Sequence record: MZ005670.1
Length of the DNA stretch: 32,000 bases
Origin: Microbacterium phage Mandalorian
Direction: 5' to 3' (one strand)
This document shows, one piece after another, positions 8,194 through 16,899 of the stretch; position 1 is the stretch's first letter, and each line of letters starts with the position of its first letter. The position numbers and the translations under genes are program-made. The notes under the pieces are model-generated. The model was not told the DNA's origin. It made no database searches and saw only the letters and a program-made list of their open reading frames with translations.

Positions 8194-10338
8194 ATGGGTA
8201 ACCGAGTAGCTCTCTGGCACGCGAACCAGACCGTCCGCACCGAAGGGGTGCTGGACAAGTATGGCGACAACATCGATGACGTCTTCCTGGTGGGCTACCT
8301 GCTGGGCACTGGGGGTCTGGAGAACCTGAACATCCACAACACTGTAGAAGCAGCGCGGGCCAAGTGGCCCTCCATCCGCTGGTGGCTGACCATCCAGTGC
8401 TTCTCCAGCGCGGCATGGAAGGCCATCGGCACACCGGGTCACCCGCTTCGTGTGGCCGTGCTGGCTCAGATGGAGACCATCTACGCGACGTACCCCTGGC
8501 TGTACGGCATCGACATGGATGCTGAAGGGTTCGGCAACAACATGACCAGCGCCGAAGCAATGGCCGGTTACCGTGCCCTCGGCGACCACGCACGCTCCTT
8601 CGGCAAGAAGCTGAGCGCGGCGCTGCCTGCTGCCACCGAGGGCAACTTCAGCATCGGTGGCGAGAACTGGCTGGACTACGCTGCGTTCGGCGCGTATCTG
8701 GACCAGGTCGCCATCATGACCTACGACTTCGCCTGGTCGGGCAGCGCCCCCGGCCCCATCGCGCCGCGCTTCTGGATTCAGCAGGTCTACGACTGGACGG
8801 TGTCCGTCATTGACCCGAAGAAGGTGCTGATGGGCGTGCCTGCCTACGGGCAGAACTGGTCCATCCACGTTCCGACCAATGAGCTGCCCGGCTACTCGCC
8901 GAGCTGGCCCTACCGAGGCAACTCCGGCGCGTACTACTGGTTCTGGTTCATGGCGACCGGCGTGTGGGGTTCCATGTCTGGCGACGACAAGGAAGACCCG
9001 GCCGAGTGGAAGCAGACGCACGCAAGCTGGTTCACCTACCGGGACATCGAAACCAACTCGCCGTTCACGCTGATCGGCTGCTACTGGTGGGCCACGGCGA
9101 ACCACGTGACCGGCAGCAGCGGCATGGAGAAGAACAGCCTGAACGGCAAGCCGTACTTCACCCGGTACGGCAGGGCAGCAGCAGACCCCGTCGGCGGCAT
9201 GGTCGACCAGCGACCGACCACCCAGTACATGCAGCACGCCGTCCGCCCGATCCAGGTGGTGGACAGCGCTGGCCGGTGGTACAATCAGGACGTCCACAAC
9301 CTCACGCTCGAGGTTCTGCAGCGCGACCCCCAGTCGGCTACCATCATGGACGACGACTGCGCCAGCACCGGCACCCTGGACATCTACTACACCAAGACTG
9401 GCGCGGCGTGGACGCACTGGCGCTCCTCCGACCCCATCCTCAACCCGCGCGCCTACGGTCAGTTCCGTGTGGCCGGTGCTGGTCGGCTTGCCCTGACCAA
9501 CACCAACGGAGGAGGCGAGTTCCATGTCCAGGGGCGCTTCCAGTTCCCCTCGGCTGGCCGTGCCGGTGTGTACCACGGCAGCTTCGAGGCCACCGTAGAC
9601 CAGGCAGGCGTCCTCCGTCTCAGCCGCAACGGGACCACCCTGGCCACACAGAACGTCTCGGCACCGGGCACCAGCAGCTCGCCAGGGTCCGCTCGAGCGG
9701 TCGTGGGGCTGCGCGTGCGGGGTAACCGGGCGCGGGTCTACTACAGCCGCACAGAGAACAGCGTGCCCCTGATCCTGGAGTACGTGGACCCCAGCTACAC
9801 CCCCGGCCCCCAGGGCATGCTCAGCATGAGCGGGGCAGCGTGGTTCGACCACGTCCGATGGGGCGACGCCTGGTGGTACAATCCTCGCGAGGCCGTGAAC
9901 GTGCAGATCGGCAGCTTCACGTTCACCAACGTCGGTCGCATCCCGCGCACCAACGTCACCTGGGACGCCTTCAACCGGTTCCGGGTGAACACCGATGTGG
10001 AGGAGCGCACCACGCGCACCCAGGCCATCTCGGCTGACTGGGAGTTCATCCACCTGAAGGGAATCGGCATCCCGGCTGGCCAGACCAAGGCCGTCCGCAT
10101 CATACCTCAGGACATTGACTGCTGGGTGAGCACGGCATACCTGTGTGACCCCAAGGGCACCAGCCTGTCGCACTACGCCGACGCCGAGTACATGCAGCAC
10201 TGTCGAGACATCGCATCTTCCGAGTGGGGCTTGGACGGCATCGCCGTCTGGCGTCTCGGTCAGGAAGACGTCCGCTTCTGGGAACGCATCAAGGGGGGAA
10301 GGCTCGACCCAGACGACAGGATCCAGATCCTGGCCTAA
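8194..10338 (+). CDS. tail-associated glycoside hydrolase, GH18-like
   Basis: 714 aa; motifs 'YGIDMDAEGFG' (cf. DxxDxDxE), 'VAIMTYDFAWSGSAPGPIAP', 'VLMGVPAYGQNW' and C-terminal 'WGLDGIAVWRLGQED' characteristic of GH18 TIM barrels. Confidence 0.8.
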   Translation: MGNRVALWHANQTVRTEGVLDKYGDNIDDVFLVGYLLGTGGLENLNIHNTVEAARAKWPSIRWWLTIQCFSSAAWKAIGTPGHPLRVAVLAQMETIYATYPWLYGIDMDAEGFGNNMTSAEAMAGYRALGDHARSFGKKLSAALPAATEGNFSIGGENWLDYAAFGAYLDQVAIMTYDFAWSGSAPGPIAPRFWIQQVYDWTVSVIDPKKVLMGVPAYGQNWSIHVPTNELPGYSPSWPYRGNSGAYYWFWFMATGVWGSMSGDDKEDPAEWKQTHASWFTYRDIETNSPFTLIGCYWWATANHVTGSSGMEKNSLNGKPYFTRYGRAAADPVGGMVDQRPTTQYMQHAVRPIQVVDSAGRWYNQDVHNLTLEVLQRDPQSATIMDDDCASTGTLDIYYTKTGAAWTHWRSSDPILNPRAYGQFRVAGAGRLALTNTNGGGEFHVQGRFQFPSAGRAGVYHGSFEATVDQAGVLRLSRNGTTLATQNVSAPGTSSSPGSARAVVGLRVRGNRARVYYSRTENSVPLILEYVDPSYTPGPQGMLSMSGAAWFDHVRWGDAWWYNPREAVNVQIGSFTFTNVGRIPRTNVTWDAFNRFRVNTDVEERTTRTQAISADWEFIHLKGIGIPAGQTKAVRIIPQDIDCWVSTAYLCDPKGTSLSHYADAEYMQHCRDIASSEWGLDGIAVWRLGQEDVRFWERIKGGRLDPDDRIQILA

Positions 10339-10363
10339 CCCCCGCACACTAAGGAGAAACGAA

Positions 10364-11227
10364 ATGGCAACCCTCAAGAATCACCCCGGCTACTGGCTGC
10401 GGGATGACGCGGCTGCTGCCTTCGACGCCTACGAGGCGAAGTACGGCAAGCGCACCGTCAACTCGGCAGGTCGCACCAAGGCCGAGCAGCAGAACCTCAT
10501 CAACCGCTGGGACGCCGGTGGTGCTGCCAACCGGCCCCCGTACCTGTACGCACCGGCTCGTCCGGCTGAGTCCAGCAACCACGTCCGCGACGGTGGTGTG
10601 GCCGTGGACATCGGCGACTGGCGCACCTTCAAGGAGCACTCGGAAGAGTTCGGCTTCTACTGGTACGGCAACTCGGACGTCGTTCACTTCGACTTCAAGG
10701 GCTGGAACGGTGGCGTGTCCCAGGACACCAAGAACCGGCAGGAGTGGCTGAACAAGGCGCGCGGCGAGAAGCTGAAGGTCGACGGCATCCAGGGTGCAGC
10801 GACCACGGCTGCGATCAAGCGCTACCAGAGCTTCCTCGGCGTGACCGCTGACGGCATCTGGGGCGACCGCACCCAGGCCGCGCATCAGGTCTACTGGGAC
10901 AAGTGGCACCAGGGCAGCACCCCGGCACCCAAGCCGAGCAACCCCTTCGGAATCCCCTACTGCGCGGGCCTGCAGAAGATCGCTCGCCTGTACGGGGGCA
11001 ACACTGCACCGGATCAGATCTGGGGCGCTCAGTCGGCCAAGGGGTTCGCACAGTTCCTCCGGGCGAACTGGGGCTACAAGGGCAACGACGTGCTCGGTCC
11101 GGTGATGTGGGCAGCGATCGCTCGCTGGCTGCGTGCCCGCTGGGGCTACGTCGGCAACGACACCCCCGGTCCGGTCATGCGTGCCGCTCTCCAGCGTGCC
11201 GAGGCTGCGAACTACAACGAACTGTAA
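10364..11227 (+). CDS. endolysin: D-Ala-D-Ala carboxypeptidase/L-alanyl-D-glutamate peptidase-like with peptidoglycan-binding repeats
   Basis: ATG 10364 preceded by AAGGAGA; 'SSNHVRDGGVAVDIGDW..VVHFDFKG' LAS/VanY-type metal ligands; 'VDGIQGAATTAAIKRYQSFLGVTADGIWG' PG-binding motif. Confidence 0.8.
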   Translation: MATLKNHPGYWLRDDAAAAFDAYEAKYGKRTVNSAGRTKAEQQNLINRWDAGGAANRPPYLYAPARPAESSNHVRDGGVAVDIGDWRTFKEHSEEFGFYWYGNSDVVHFDFKGWNGGVSQDTKNRQEWLNKARGEKLKVDGIQGAATTAAIKRYQSFLGVTADGIWGDRTQAAHQVYWDKWHQGSTPAPKPSNPFGIPYCAGLQKIARLYGGNTAPDQIWGAQSAKGFAQFLRANWGYKGNDVLGPVMWAAIARWLRARWGYVGNDTPGPVMRAALQRAEAANYNEL

Positions 11228-11248
11228 CCACACCTGGAGGGGTAGATA

Positions 11249-11632
11249 ATGCTGGAAGTGATCGAACGCATCGGGGCTGTACTGACCCCACTCTTCGTCG
11301 CCGTCATTACGGTGTACGGGGGTGTCATGGTGGCCAAGATCAACAAGGTCAAGGCCAACGTGGAGAAGGTGCAGTCGGACATCATCACGAACCACGGTAG
11401 TAAGAACATCGGTGATGCGATCGATCGCCTCACCACTCGCGTCATGGTCATCAGTGACAATCAGGACCAGCTCATCCTGGACGTGAAAGCGCTGAAGGCG
11501 CATGACGCTGAAGTGGACACCAGGCTGGACAACATCGACAAGTCCAGTCAGGACACCAAGGATGCTGTCTCCGACACCATCCGCGTAGTGAAGCCGTTCC
11601 ACGCCCTCGTGGACAAACTGAAAGGCAAGTAA
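11249..11632 (+). CDS. membrane protein, holin/lysis-region (DUF2746-like)
   Basis: 127 aa; single N-terminal TM segment then coiled-coil-like region; directly follows endolysin. Confidence 0.6.
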   Translation: MLEVIERIGAVLTPLFVAVITVYGGVMVAKINKVKANVEKVQSDIITNHGSKNIGDAIDRLTTRVMVISDNQDQLILDVKALKAHDAEVDTRLDNIDKSSQDTKDAVSDTIRVVKPFHALVDKLKGK

Positions 11633-11940
11633 TGGATACCATCGCAACGCTGGCCACCGTGCCCGCTGTCATCGCACTGGTGACGCTCTTCAAGGACCTG
11701 GGCCTCCCGTCCAAGCTGTCCCCGCTGCTGGCCGTCGTGCTCGGTGTGGCCTTGTCTGTCCTCGGCGCGCTGTCGCTGGGCACGGTGGCCAACTGGTACG
11801 AGACCGTCTCCCTCGGCGTCATCCTCGGCCTGAGCGCTGCTGGCCTGTACGACGGGGCGCGGGCCATCGGTGGCAACACCGTGGTCGTGGAGGAGGACCC
11901 GGCGACCAAGCCGCTTCTCCGCCGCGACCTCAACAACTGA
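11632..11940 (+). CDS. holin-like membrane protein
   Basis: 102 aa, two or three TM segments, charged C-terminus, lysis cassette position. Confidence 0.65.
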   Translation: MDTIATLATVPAVIALVTLFKDLGLPSKLSPLLAVVLGVALSVLGALSLGTVANWYETVSLGVILGLSAAGLYDGARAIGGNTVVVEEDPATKPLLRRDLNN

Positions 11941-11980
11941 CAATCCCGTCAGAACCCAACACACAGTTAGGAATCATACA

Positions 11981-12346
11981 ATGGCAGGTTACGCAACTCC
12001 GTCCGGGTCGTGCGGTCAGCAGAGCGCCACCGACTTCTGGACGTACCGATGGATGGGTGGCACGATCCGCGCCCGTCTTCTGGACGTGTCCCTGGCACCG
12101 GACCCGAACTACAACTGGGGTCAGTGGGGCCAGGCATCCATCCGAATCGACCTGGTCGGCCGTGACGGCAAGAACAAGGCCAGCAACACGCTCTACAAGA
12201 CGTGGGGTGTGCTGCCCGCATACAAGACCTTCGTCTTCTGGAACGTCGCACAGGAGGTCCGCTTCCGCTGCCGTGCTTCGGTGCCCTCCTACCCGTGGGG
12301 AGCCGGTGCCTGGGTGAACTTCAAGATGGAGTTCAGCTGGGGCTAA
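11981..12346 (+). CDS. small protein of unknown function (possibly structural/lectin-like)
   Basis: 121 aa from ATG 11981 (MAGYATPSGSCGQQSATDFWTYRWMGG..GAWVNFKMEFSWG). Confidence 0.6.
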   Translation: MAGYATPSGSCGQQSATDFWTYRWMGGTIRARLLDVSLAPDPNYNWGQWGQASIRIDLVGRDGKNKASNTLYKTWGVLPAYKTFVFWNVAQEVRFRCRASVPSYPWGAGAWVNFKMEFSWG

Positions 12347-12360
12347 GCCCTAACACAAGG

Positions 12361-12396
12361 AAGCCCCCGTCCGGCTACTCTGCCAGGCGGGGGCTT
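12361..12396. terminator. bidirectional terminator-like hairpin between convergent arms
   Basis: Perfect 9-bp inverted repeat AAGCCCCCG...CGGGGGCTT, located 14 bp after the last plus gene and 10 bp from the last minus gene's stop. Confidence 0.75.
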
Positions 12397-12406
12397 CCTG
12401 CTGCCC

Positions 12407-12586
12407 TCAGGGGGCCAGGGGGAACCGGTCGCTGAGCTGCACCACGGCCACACCCAGGTCCGTCTCGAGACGCCCGCGCTGGTGGTCGATGCGGCGGATG
12501 CGGATGACCGTGGCCTCGTTGCCCTCGGGGTCAATGATGACCTGACCCTTGGTGAGATCCTCTGCCTTGATGCCCTTGCTAGCCAT
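12407..12586 (-). CDS. small hypothetical protein (59 aa), not in the ORF track
   Basis: MASKGIKAEDLTKGQVIIDPEGNEATVIRIRRIDHQRGRLETDLGVAVVQLSDRFPLAP; RBS GAAGGAGG; promoter-like element 30 nt upstream. Confidence 0.65.
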   Translation of the reverse strand: MASKGIKAEDLTKGQVIIDPEGNEATVIRIRRIDHQRGRLETDLGVAVVQLSDRFPLAP

Positions 12587-12616
12587 GATGGCCTCCTTCG
12601 GTTGGTTGGTACTTGA

Positions 12617-12646
12617 AGCTTAGCACGTACCCTGAAGGTTACGCAA
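12617..12646 (-). promoter_or_regulatory. promoter-like element TTGCGT-N18-TAAGCT
   Basis: Same architecture as the other family members; -35 lies inside inverted repeat AAGGTT-gcgt-AACCTT. Confidence 0.65.
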
Positions 12647-13031
12647 CCTTGAGGAAGAACTGGCCGGGACGAAGAGTGATGGTCCCACCCTTGGGCAGTC
12701 CCACGAGGTAGGTGCCGGGGAGCAGCTCGCCGACGATGGTCCACTCCTTGAGGTTGGTGGCCTGACGCGGGTCGACCCAGCCGGAGCCGCGCTGCGCGGG
12801 GCCGACAGCCCACTCGGCGTAGACCGTGGTCCCAGCCTCGACAGCCGGGATGGACCAGGTGGAGGGGTACGTGGTGTCGTCACGCTCGATGAGGCCGTGC
12901 TCCGTCAGGTAGTCCGCGTAAGCGTTGACTTCCTTGGTGGTCCAGCCCTTACGGTTGAGGTCGTAGTAGTACGGCTGGACGGTGTTCAGCCACTCGACGA
13001 AGTGGGCGATGGCCTCGGGGGTGATGTTCAT
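12639..13031 (-). CDS. hypothetical protein (130 aa)
   Basis: ORF with RBS AAGGAG; promoter-like element upstream at 13071-13100. Confidence 0.65.
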   Translation of the reverse strand: MNITPEAIAHFVEWLNTVQPYYYDLNRKGWTTKEVNAYADYLTEHGLIERDDTTYPSTWSIPAVEAGTTVYAEWAVGPAQRGSGWVDPRQATNLKEWTIVGELLPGTYLVGLPKGGTITLRPGQFFLKVA

Positions 13032-13070
13032 GGGATGCTCCTTGAAGTGGTGTGCCTTGCTGATATGATC

Positions 13071-13100
13071 AGCCTAGCACGACCTTCAGGGTTACAGCAA
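13071..13100 (-). promoter_or_regulatory. promoter-like element TTGCTG-N18-TAGGCT
   Basis: Family member; Streptomyces-type -10 TAGGNT; extended TGC before -10. Confidence 0.65.
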
Positions 13101-13355
13101 CCCCCAATATTCACCGATCTGGATGAGACCCACCAGGCCTCGCAGAACCTCGTCCCAGTACCGGCCCCACCAGTACGCGGCGCACAGCGCCCAGACGACG
13201 CCGAAGAACACCATCAGGAGGGGCATCAGGACCATGACGTTGATCGTCGCCTGGGTAGGTGTGGCCTTCTCCTGCTCAGGCTCGGTGTCGGCACCGACAG
13301 CGGCGACCAGGTCTTCGAAGCTGGTGATGGTACGGGGATCAGTGAGAGTAGTCAT
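13092..13355 (-). CDS. small membrane protein
   Basis: MTTLTDPRTITSF..; two adjacent hydrophobic segments; start ATG 13355 sits 6 nt after a -10 hexamer. Confidence 0.6.
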   Translation of the reverse strand: MTTLTDPRTITSFEDLVAAVGADTEPEQEKATPTQATINVMVLMPLLMVFFGVVWALCAAYWWGRYWDEVLRGLVGLIQIGEYWGLL

Positions 13356-13361
13356 GAAGGA

Positions 13362-13391
13362 ACCGTACCACAGCACCGGCAAGGGGCACAA
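13362..13391 (-). promoter_or_regulatory. promoter-like element TTGTGC-N18-TACGGT
   Basis: Same spacing as the others; 6 nt gap to ATG 13355 suggests a leaderless transcript. Confidence 0.5.
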
Positions 13392-13394
13392 GCC

Positions 13395-15071
13395 CTAGTC
13401 TTCTACGACAGGTCGCTGCACGATCTTGAGACGCGGGTCAATGAAGTGCATGTTGTTCCCGCGCTTAGTCTGCACGCCCAGCCGGAGCAGGTCGCTCTCC
13501 TCTTCGGGGCTGGCCAGGCTCATGATAAAGTCCGACCAGCCGTGCAGCGCGGTCGCCCCCAGGATGGACTCCTGCACGGTCTCACCCTTCTCGAAGACCC
13601 GCTTGCGTGTGTGGTGGATAAACATGATGGCGCACTTGGTCTCCTTGGCGATCTCCTTGAGGGGCTTCAGGATCGCGTACATGTCCTTCTGGTCGGAGAC
13701 GTTGGCCTTGCCGATAGCCATGGACAAGGTGTCAATGACCACCAGGTCAAGCTCGTGCTTAGTGATGGTCTCCAGGAGGCGCTGCTGGTCGGCTTCCTCA
13801 CTGAGGTCCACAGCCGAGAACAGGGTCAGCAGGTCCAGGGGCACCGGGGGTTCCCAGACGAGCGCCTTGCCGTCCTGCCTGATGTGGCCGTCCCAGTGGT
13901 ACTTCTGCCTGCCGTGGTCTCGGTTGAGAGACGCGCTGACGCGCTCAGCGAACAGGTAGTCCCCGTCCTCCAGGGACAGGAAGCCCACGCGCTTAGGCTT
14001 GCGCATGGACAGCCCCAGCGGCCTCCGGCCGGTGGCCAGCCCCAGGGCGATCTCAATCGCGATGCGAGTCTTGCCCACCTTGGGCGCTGCTACCAGCAGC
14101 CCGCACGCGCCTTCGGCGATGATGTTGGGCAGCACCCAGGACATAGGCGTGCGGATGACCGGCCCGAACTGGTCGAGCGTGGACATCTCCCAGGCTTCAA
14201 TGACTTCCTCGTCATCGTCGCTGTCGTCGTCCTGGGTGGGCTTGGGCTTCTCCTTGCGGGGCTTCTCCGGGACGTGCCCGTAGGCGCGCTCGATGTCGTC
14301 CTTGAGCTTGTCCGGGTCGTCTTTCCACTTGTTCCACTCGGTGGCCTTGATCATCTTGAAGGCCAAGCTCTGGTCCAGCCCCAGCTCTGCGGCGTTACGG
14401 GCGAACTTCCAGAGGAGCTGGCTGCGGTCGCCGTAGGTGTCCTTCTTGCCCAGCTCAGCGGCTGTACCGGCCGAGAAGCCCAGCTCCTTGGCCACACGGG
14501 AGAGCAGCATGCCACGGGTCCACACGCGCCCGCTCGAGGACAGCACGCGGCCCAGGAACGGCTCCCGCTTATGGTGCATGGTGCCGGGCACGCGGAGGAG
14601 CTGGCTGATGTCGACGCCGGACTTGTCCGCGCCGATGGCCTGGGTCAGCATGCCGATGAACCCGTCCCGATGGAACTCGGACACGGGCAGGGCTTCCTTG
14701 AGGAGCCAGATGGCCTGGATGTGGCCGGGGCTGGTCTCCCACATGTACGAGGGCCTCAGCGCCTCCAGCAGCTTCCGGTCGTAGCTGTCGTCGCAGTCCA
14801 CCCAGACGGCACGCTGCGCGGGGTAGTTGGTGCCCTCGGTGCCCTTCTTGATGCGGCGTGTGTCGCCACGGCTAACGGCAGGCGTCCAGTACCAGTCGAC
14901 GGAGTCACGCAGGTCGGGGAAGCTGGGCTTGCGGGCGCTGAGCATAGCGCCTTCGCGGAAGCGTTCCTTGTCCTTGTCCCCGATGTCAGAGATGCTGGGC
15001 ATCCACACGTGACCGGCGACGCCGGAGTGCTTCCACACCCTGTGGATTAGGTCAAGAGGGTTGATATCCAC
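13395..15071 (-). CDS. PrimPol-like primase fused to RepA/DnaB-type helicase ATPase
   Basis: N-terminal 'RAVWVDCDD..TSPGHIQAIWLL..DISQLLRVPGTMHHKR' (primase-like motifs); C-terminal Walker A 'VAAPKVGKT' and Walker B 'LDLVVIDTLS', 'IMFIHHTRK'. Confidence 0.75.
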   Translation of the reverse strand: MDINPLDLIHRVWKHSGVAGHVWMPSISDIGDKDKERFREGAMLSARKPSFPDLRDSVDWYWTPAVSRGDTRRIKKGTEGTNYPAQRAVWVDCDDSYDRKLLEALRPSYMWETSPGHIQAIWLLKEALPVSEFHRDGFIGMLTQAIGADKSGVDISQLLRVPGTMHHKREPFLGRVLSSSGRVWTRGMLLSRVAKELGFSAGTAAELGKKDTYGDRSQLLWKFARNAAELGLDQSLAFKMIKATEWNKWKDDPDKLKDDIERAYGHVPEKPRKEKPKPTQDDDSDDDEEVIEAWEMSTLDQFGPVIRTPMSWVLPNIIAEGACGLLVAAPKVGKTRIAIEIALGLATGRRPLGLSMRKPKRVGFLSLEDGDYLFAERVSASLNRDHGRQKYHWDGHIRQDGKALVWEPPVPLDLLTLFSAVDLSEEADQQRLLETITKHELDLVVIDTLSMAIGKANVSDQKDMYAILKPLKEIAKETKCAIMFIHHTRKRVFEKGETVQESILGATALHGWSDFIMSLASPEEESDLLRLGVQTKRGNNMHFIDPRLKIVQRPVVED

Positions 15072-15340
15072 TCTACTACTTCCTGAGCCTTGGGGTCATG
15101 GCTGGTGAACGTGGTGCCACCTGCCTGACGGAACTTCTTTAGGTTGTATTGCTGTGCCGTGCTGGGCTTCTCCTTGGCCGTCTTCTTGGCTTCAATTGCG
15201 AAGAAGTGACCGTGCGCACATCCGACGATGTCGGGGGTCCCCTTCTGCTGAAAGGAACCCCCGTGGGTGCGGAGGGCGTACACCCCAGGCATCGCGTTGA
15301 GCCGCTTCAGCATGCGGCGCACGACCTCCGCTTCATCCAT
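15047..15340 (-). CDS. VRR-NUC domain nuclease
   Basis: 97 aa; 'GSFQQKGTPDIVGCAHGHFFAIEAKK..' matches the small phage VRR-NUC pattern (GxPDxxxxxxGxxxxIExK). Confidence 0.8.
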   Translation of the reverse strand: MDEAEVVRRMLKRLNAMPGVYALRTHGGSFQQKGTPDIVGCAHGHFFAIEAKKTAKEKPSTAQQYNLKKFRQAGGTTFTSHDPKAQEVVEWISTLLT

Positions 15341-16182
15341 CAGCGACGCTTGACGGTGCGACGAGCCGGTGCCTTGGCTGCGGGCTTGCGTGCAGCAGCA
15401 CGGCGACGGGGAGCAGGCTCAGGCTCCTCCTCTTCCTCCTCGTCGTCTTCGAACTCTTCGTCCTCGAGTTCTTCGTCGTCGAGGTCCTCGTCGTCCAGGT
15501 CGTCCTCGTCCTCGTCACCTTCGTCGTCGCCCTCGCCGAGCTCCTCCTCGATGACCAGCTCCACGAGCTCGTCCTTCTTGACGCCGTCGGTGTCGATGCC
15601 GAGGCCCTTGGCACGCTTGCGCAGTGCAGGCAGGGTCAGCGCCTCGATCTCCTCGCGAAGCTCGTCCTCGTCGGCCTCTTCCTCCTCGTCGACGTCGTCT
15701 TCGTACTCCTCTTCGGCCTCATCGGCTTCGTCGTCGTACTCCTCGTCATCGTCCTCGACGCCGGTGCTGTCCTCGTCCAGGATGTCCAGGCCGTAGATGT
15801 TGGCCAGGGTGGAGCGGCCTTCGTACTGGCCGGTCTCGTCCTCGACCTCACCGGCGACCACCTTGCCGATGGCCTTGTTGGGGTCGATGTTGACGGCCTT
15901 GCCCTTGGCCTTGGACGCGTCCAGGACACCGGCAGCGACCATGAGGTCACGGAGCTTCCAGAACTGGTTCTGCTGGAGCTTGCAGTAGTACGGGAACCGG
16001 CGCGTCTTGTACTTCTCGACCTCGGGAACGAGGTAGAAGACGTACATGTCGGTCCCGTCCTGGGCCTCCTTGTCCTCCACGCCGACGATCTTGAAGGCGT
16101 GCAGCCCCTCGGGCATGCGCTTCGTGTTGATGCCGGAGCGCTCTTCGACCTTGCTGAAATCAAGGCGGATCTTCTTAGCCAT
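15340..16182 (-). CDS. putative ssDNA-binding/DUF669-like protein with long acidic region, SAP-like segment and basic tail
   Basis: 280 aa; N-terminal 'VFYLVPEVEKYKTRRFPYYCKLQQNQFWKLRDLMVAAG'; middle/late region dominated by D/E; C-term ARKPAAKAPARRTVKRR. Confidence 0.5.
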   Translation of the reverse strand: MAKKIRLDFSKVEERSGINTKRMPEGLHAFKIVGVEDKEAQDGTDMYVFYLVPEVEKYKTRRFPYYCKLQQNQFWKLRDLMVAAGVLDASKAKGKAVNIDPNKAIGKVVAGEVEDETGQYEGRSTLANIYGLDILDEDSTGVEDDDEEYDDEADEAEEEYEDDVDEEEEADEDELREEIEALTLPALRKRAKGLGIDTDGVKKDELVELVIEEELGEGDDEGDEDEDDLDDEDLDDEELEDEEFEDDEEEEEEPEPAPRRRAAARKPAAKAPARRTVKRR

Positions 16183-16227
16183 GTTGGCTTCCTTCTTTCT
16201 GTTGGTGTTCTTCTTGGGGTATCTGGG

Positions 16228-16899
16228 CTAGCGGGTCCAGCCCAGAAGCTGGTTCAAGCGACCGATGGACGGCTGCTTCAAATAAGGCGGAGTACCAGTA
16301 TAGCGCTCGCTGCGCGCCCCGGCCACAATCGAGCTGGACGGGCCGAGCCAGAGACGGCGCACCGGCTTGTCGTTGACGTGGGCGATGTACAGACGGCCGA
16401 TGGCGTCGGACATCTGCAGGACGGCGCTGGCTGCACCGGCCGACAGGTCCACCGTGGTCATGACCGCTGCGTCCTCGTCGTCGTCCTCAGATACCCAGTC
16501 CTCGTTCGGGAGGATGAGGCGTTCCTGAGCCAACACGATAACATCCTTGTTGCTGTCTCGCAAGGTGCGGATGAGTGTGGCCAGCCCATTGTTCGCAGTG
16601 CCGAAGTCCTGCTTCCTGATCTGGGCACCGGGTCCACCAGCCGACTCCTGCTGGAACAGGGAGTGCAGGCTGGTAGCCGTGTCGATGACGAAGCGCTGGT
16701 GCTTAGACAGGAACGTGCTGTTCACCGTCTTGTTGATGTTGCGCGTGCTGAGGTCCTCCAGGATGGTCATACCCTGGGTGTTGATCCCACGCAGACCACG
16801 GTCAGCGCTGAAGACTGCCGTCTTGCCCTTGGGGGCATCCTTGAGGGCGAGCGTGGTCTTGCCTACCTTGGGCCGACCGTAGATGGTGATGACACTCAT
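16228..16899 (-). CDS. Sak4-like RecA-family ATPase / single-strand annealing protein candidate
   Basis: ATG 16899 with GGAGG; Walker A 'GRPKVGKTT', Walker B-like 'HQRFVIDTATSLHSL'; phage replication neighbourhood. Confidence 0.65.
   Translation of the reverse strand: MSVITIYGRPKVGKTTLALKDAPKGKTAVFSADRGLRGINTQGMTILEDLSTRNINKTVNSTFLSKHQRFVIDTATSLHSLFQQESAGGPGAQIRKQDFGTANNGLATLIRTLRDSNKDVIVLAQERLILPNEDWVSEDDDEDAAVMTTVDLSAGAASAVLQMSDAIGRLYIAHVNDKPVRRLWLGPSSSIVAGARSERYTGTPPYLKQPSIGRLNQLLGWTR

Noticed and set aside
8155-10377. 740-aa minus-strand ORF
   Set aside because: Antisense of the GH18-like gene, which has recognisable catalytic motifs.
11938-11953. Small inverted repeat CTGAC-aatccc-GTCAG before the 11981 gene as promoter or terminator
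   Set aside because: Only 5 bp, no family -35/-10 match and no T-tract; could easily be chance.
12343-12813. 156-aa minus-strand ORF
   Set aside because: Crosses the terminator and overlaps two better-supported minus-strand genes in other frames; Arg/Pro/Ser-rich shadow translation.
12897-15050. 717-aa plus-strand ORF
   Set aside because: Antisense of the PrimPol-helicase gene; no recognisable motifs.
15149-15796. Poly-serine 215-aa plus-strand ORF
   Set aside because: Reflects antisense reading of the Asp/Glu codons of the acidic protein; not a real serine-rich protein.
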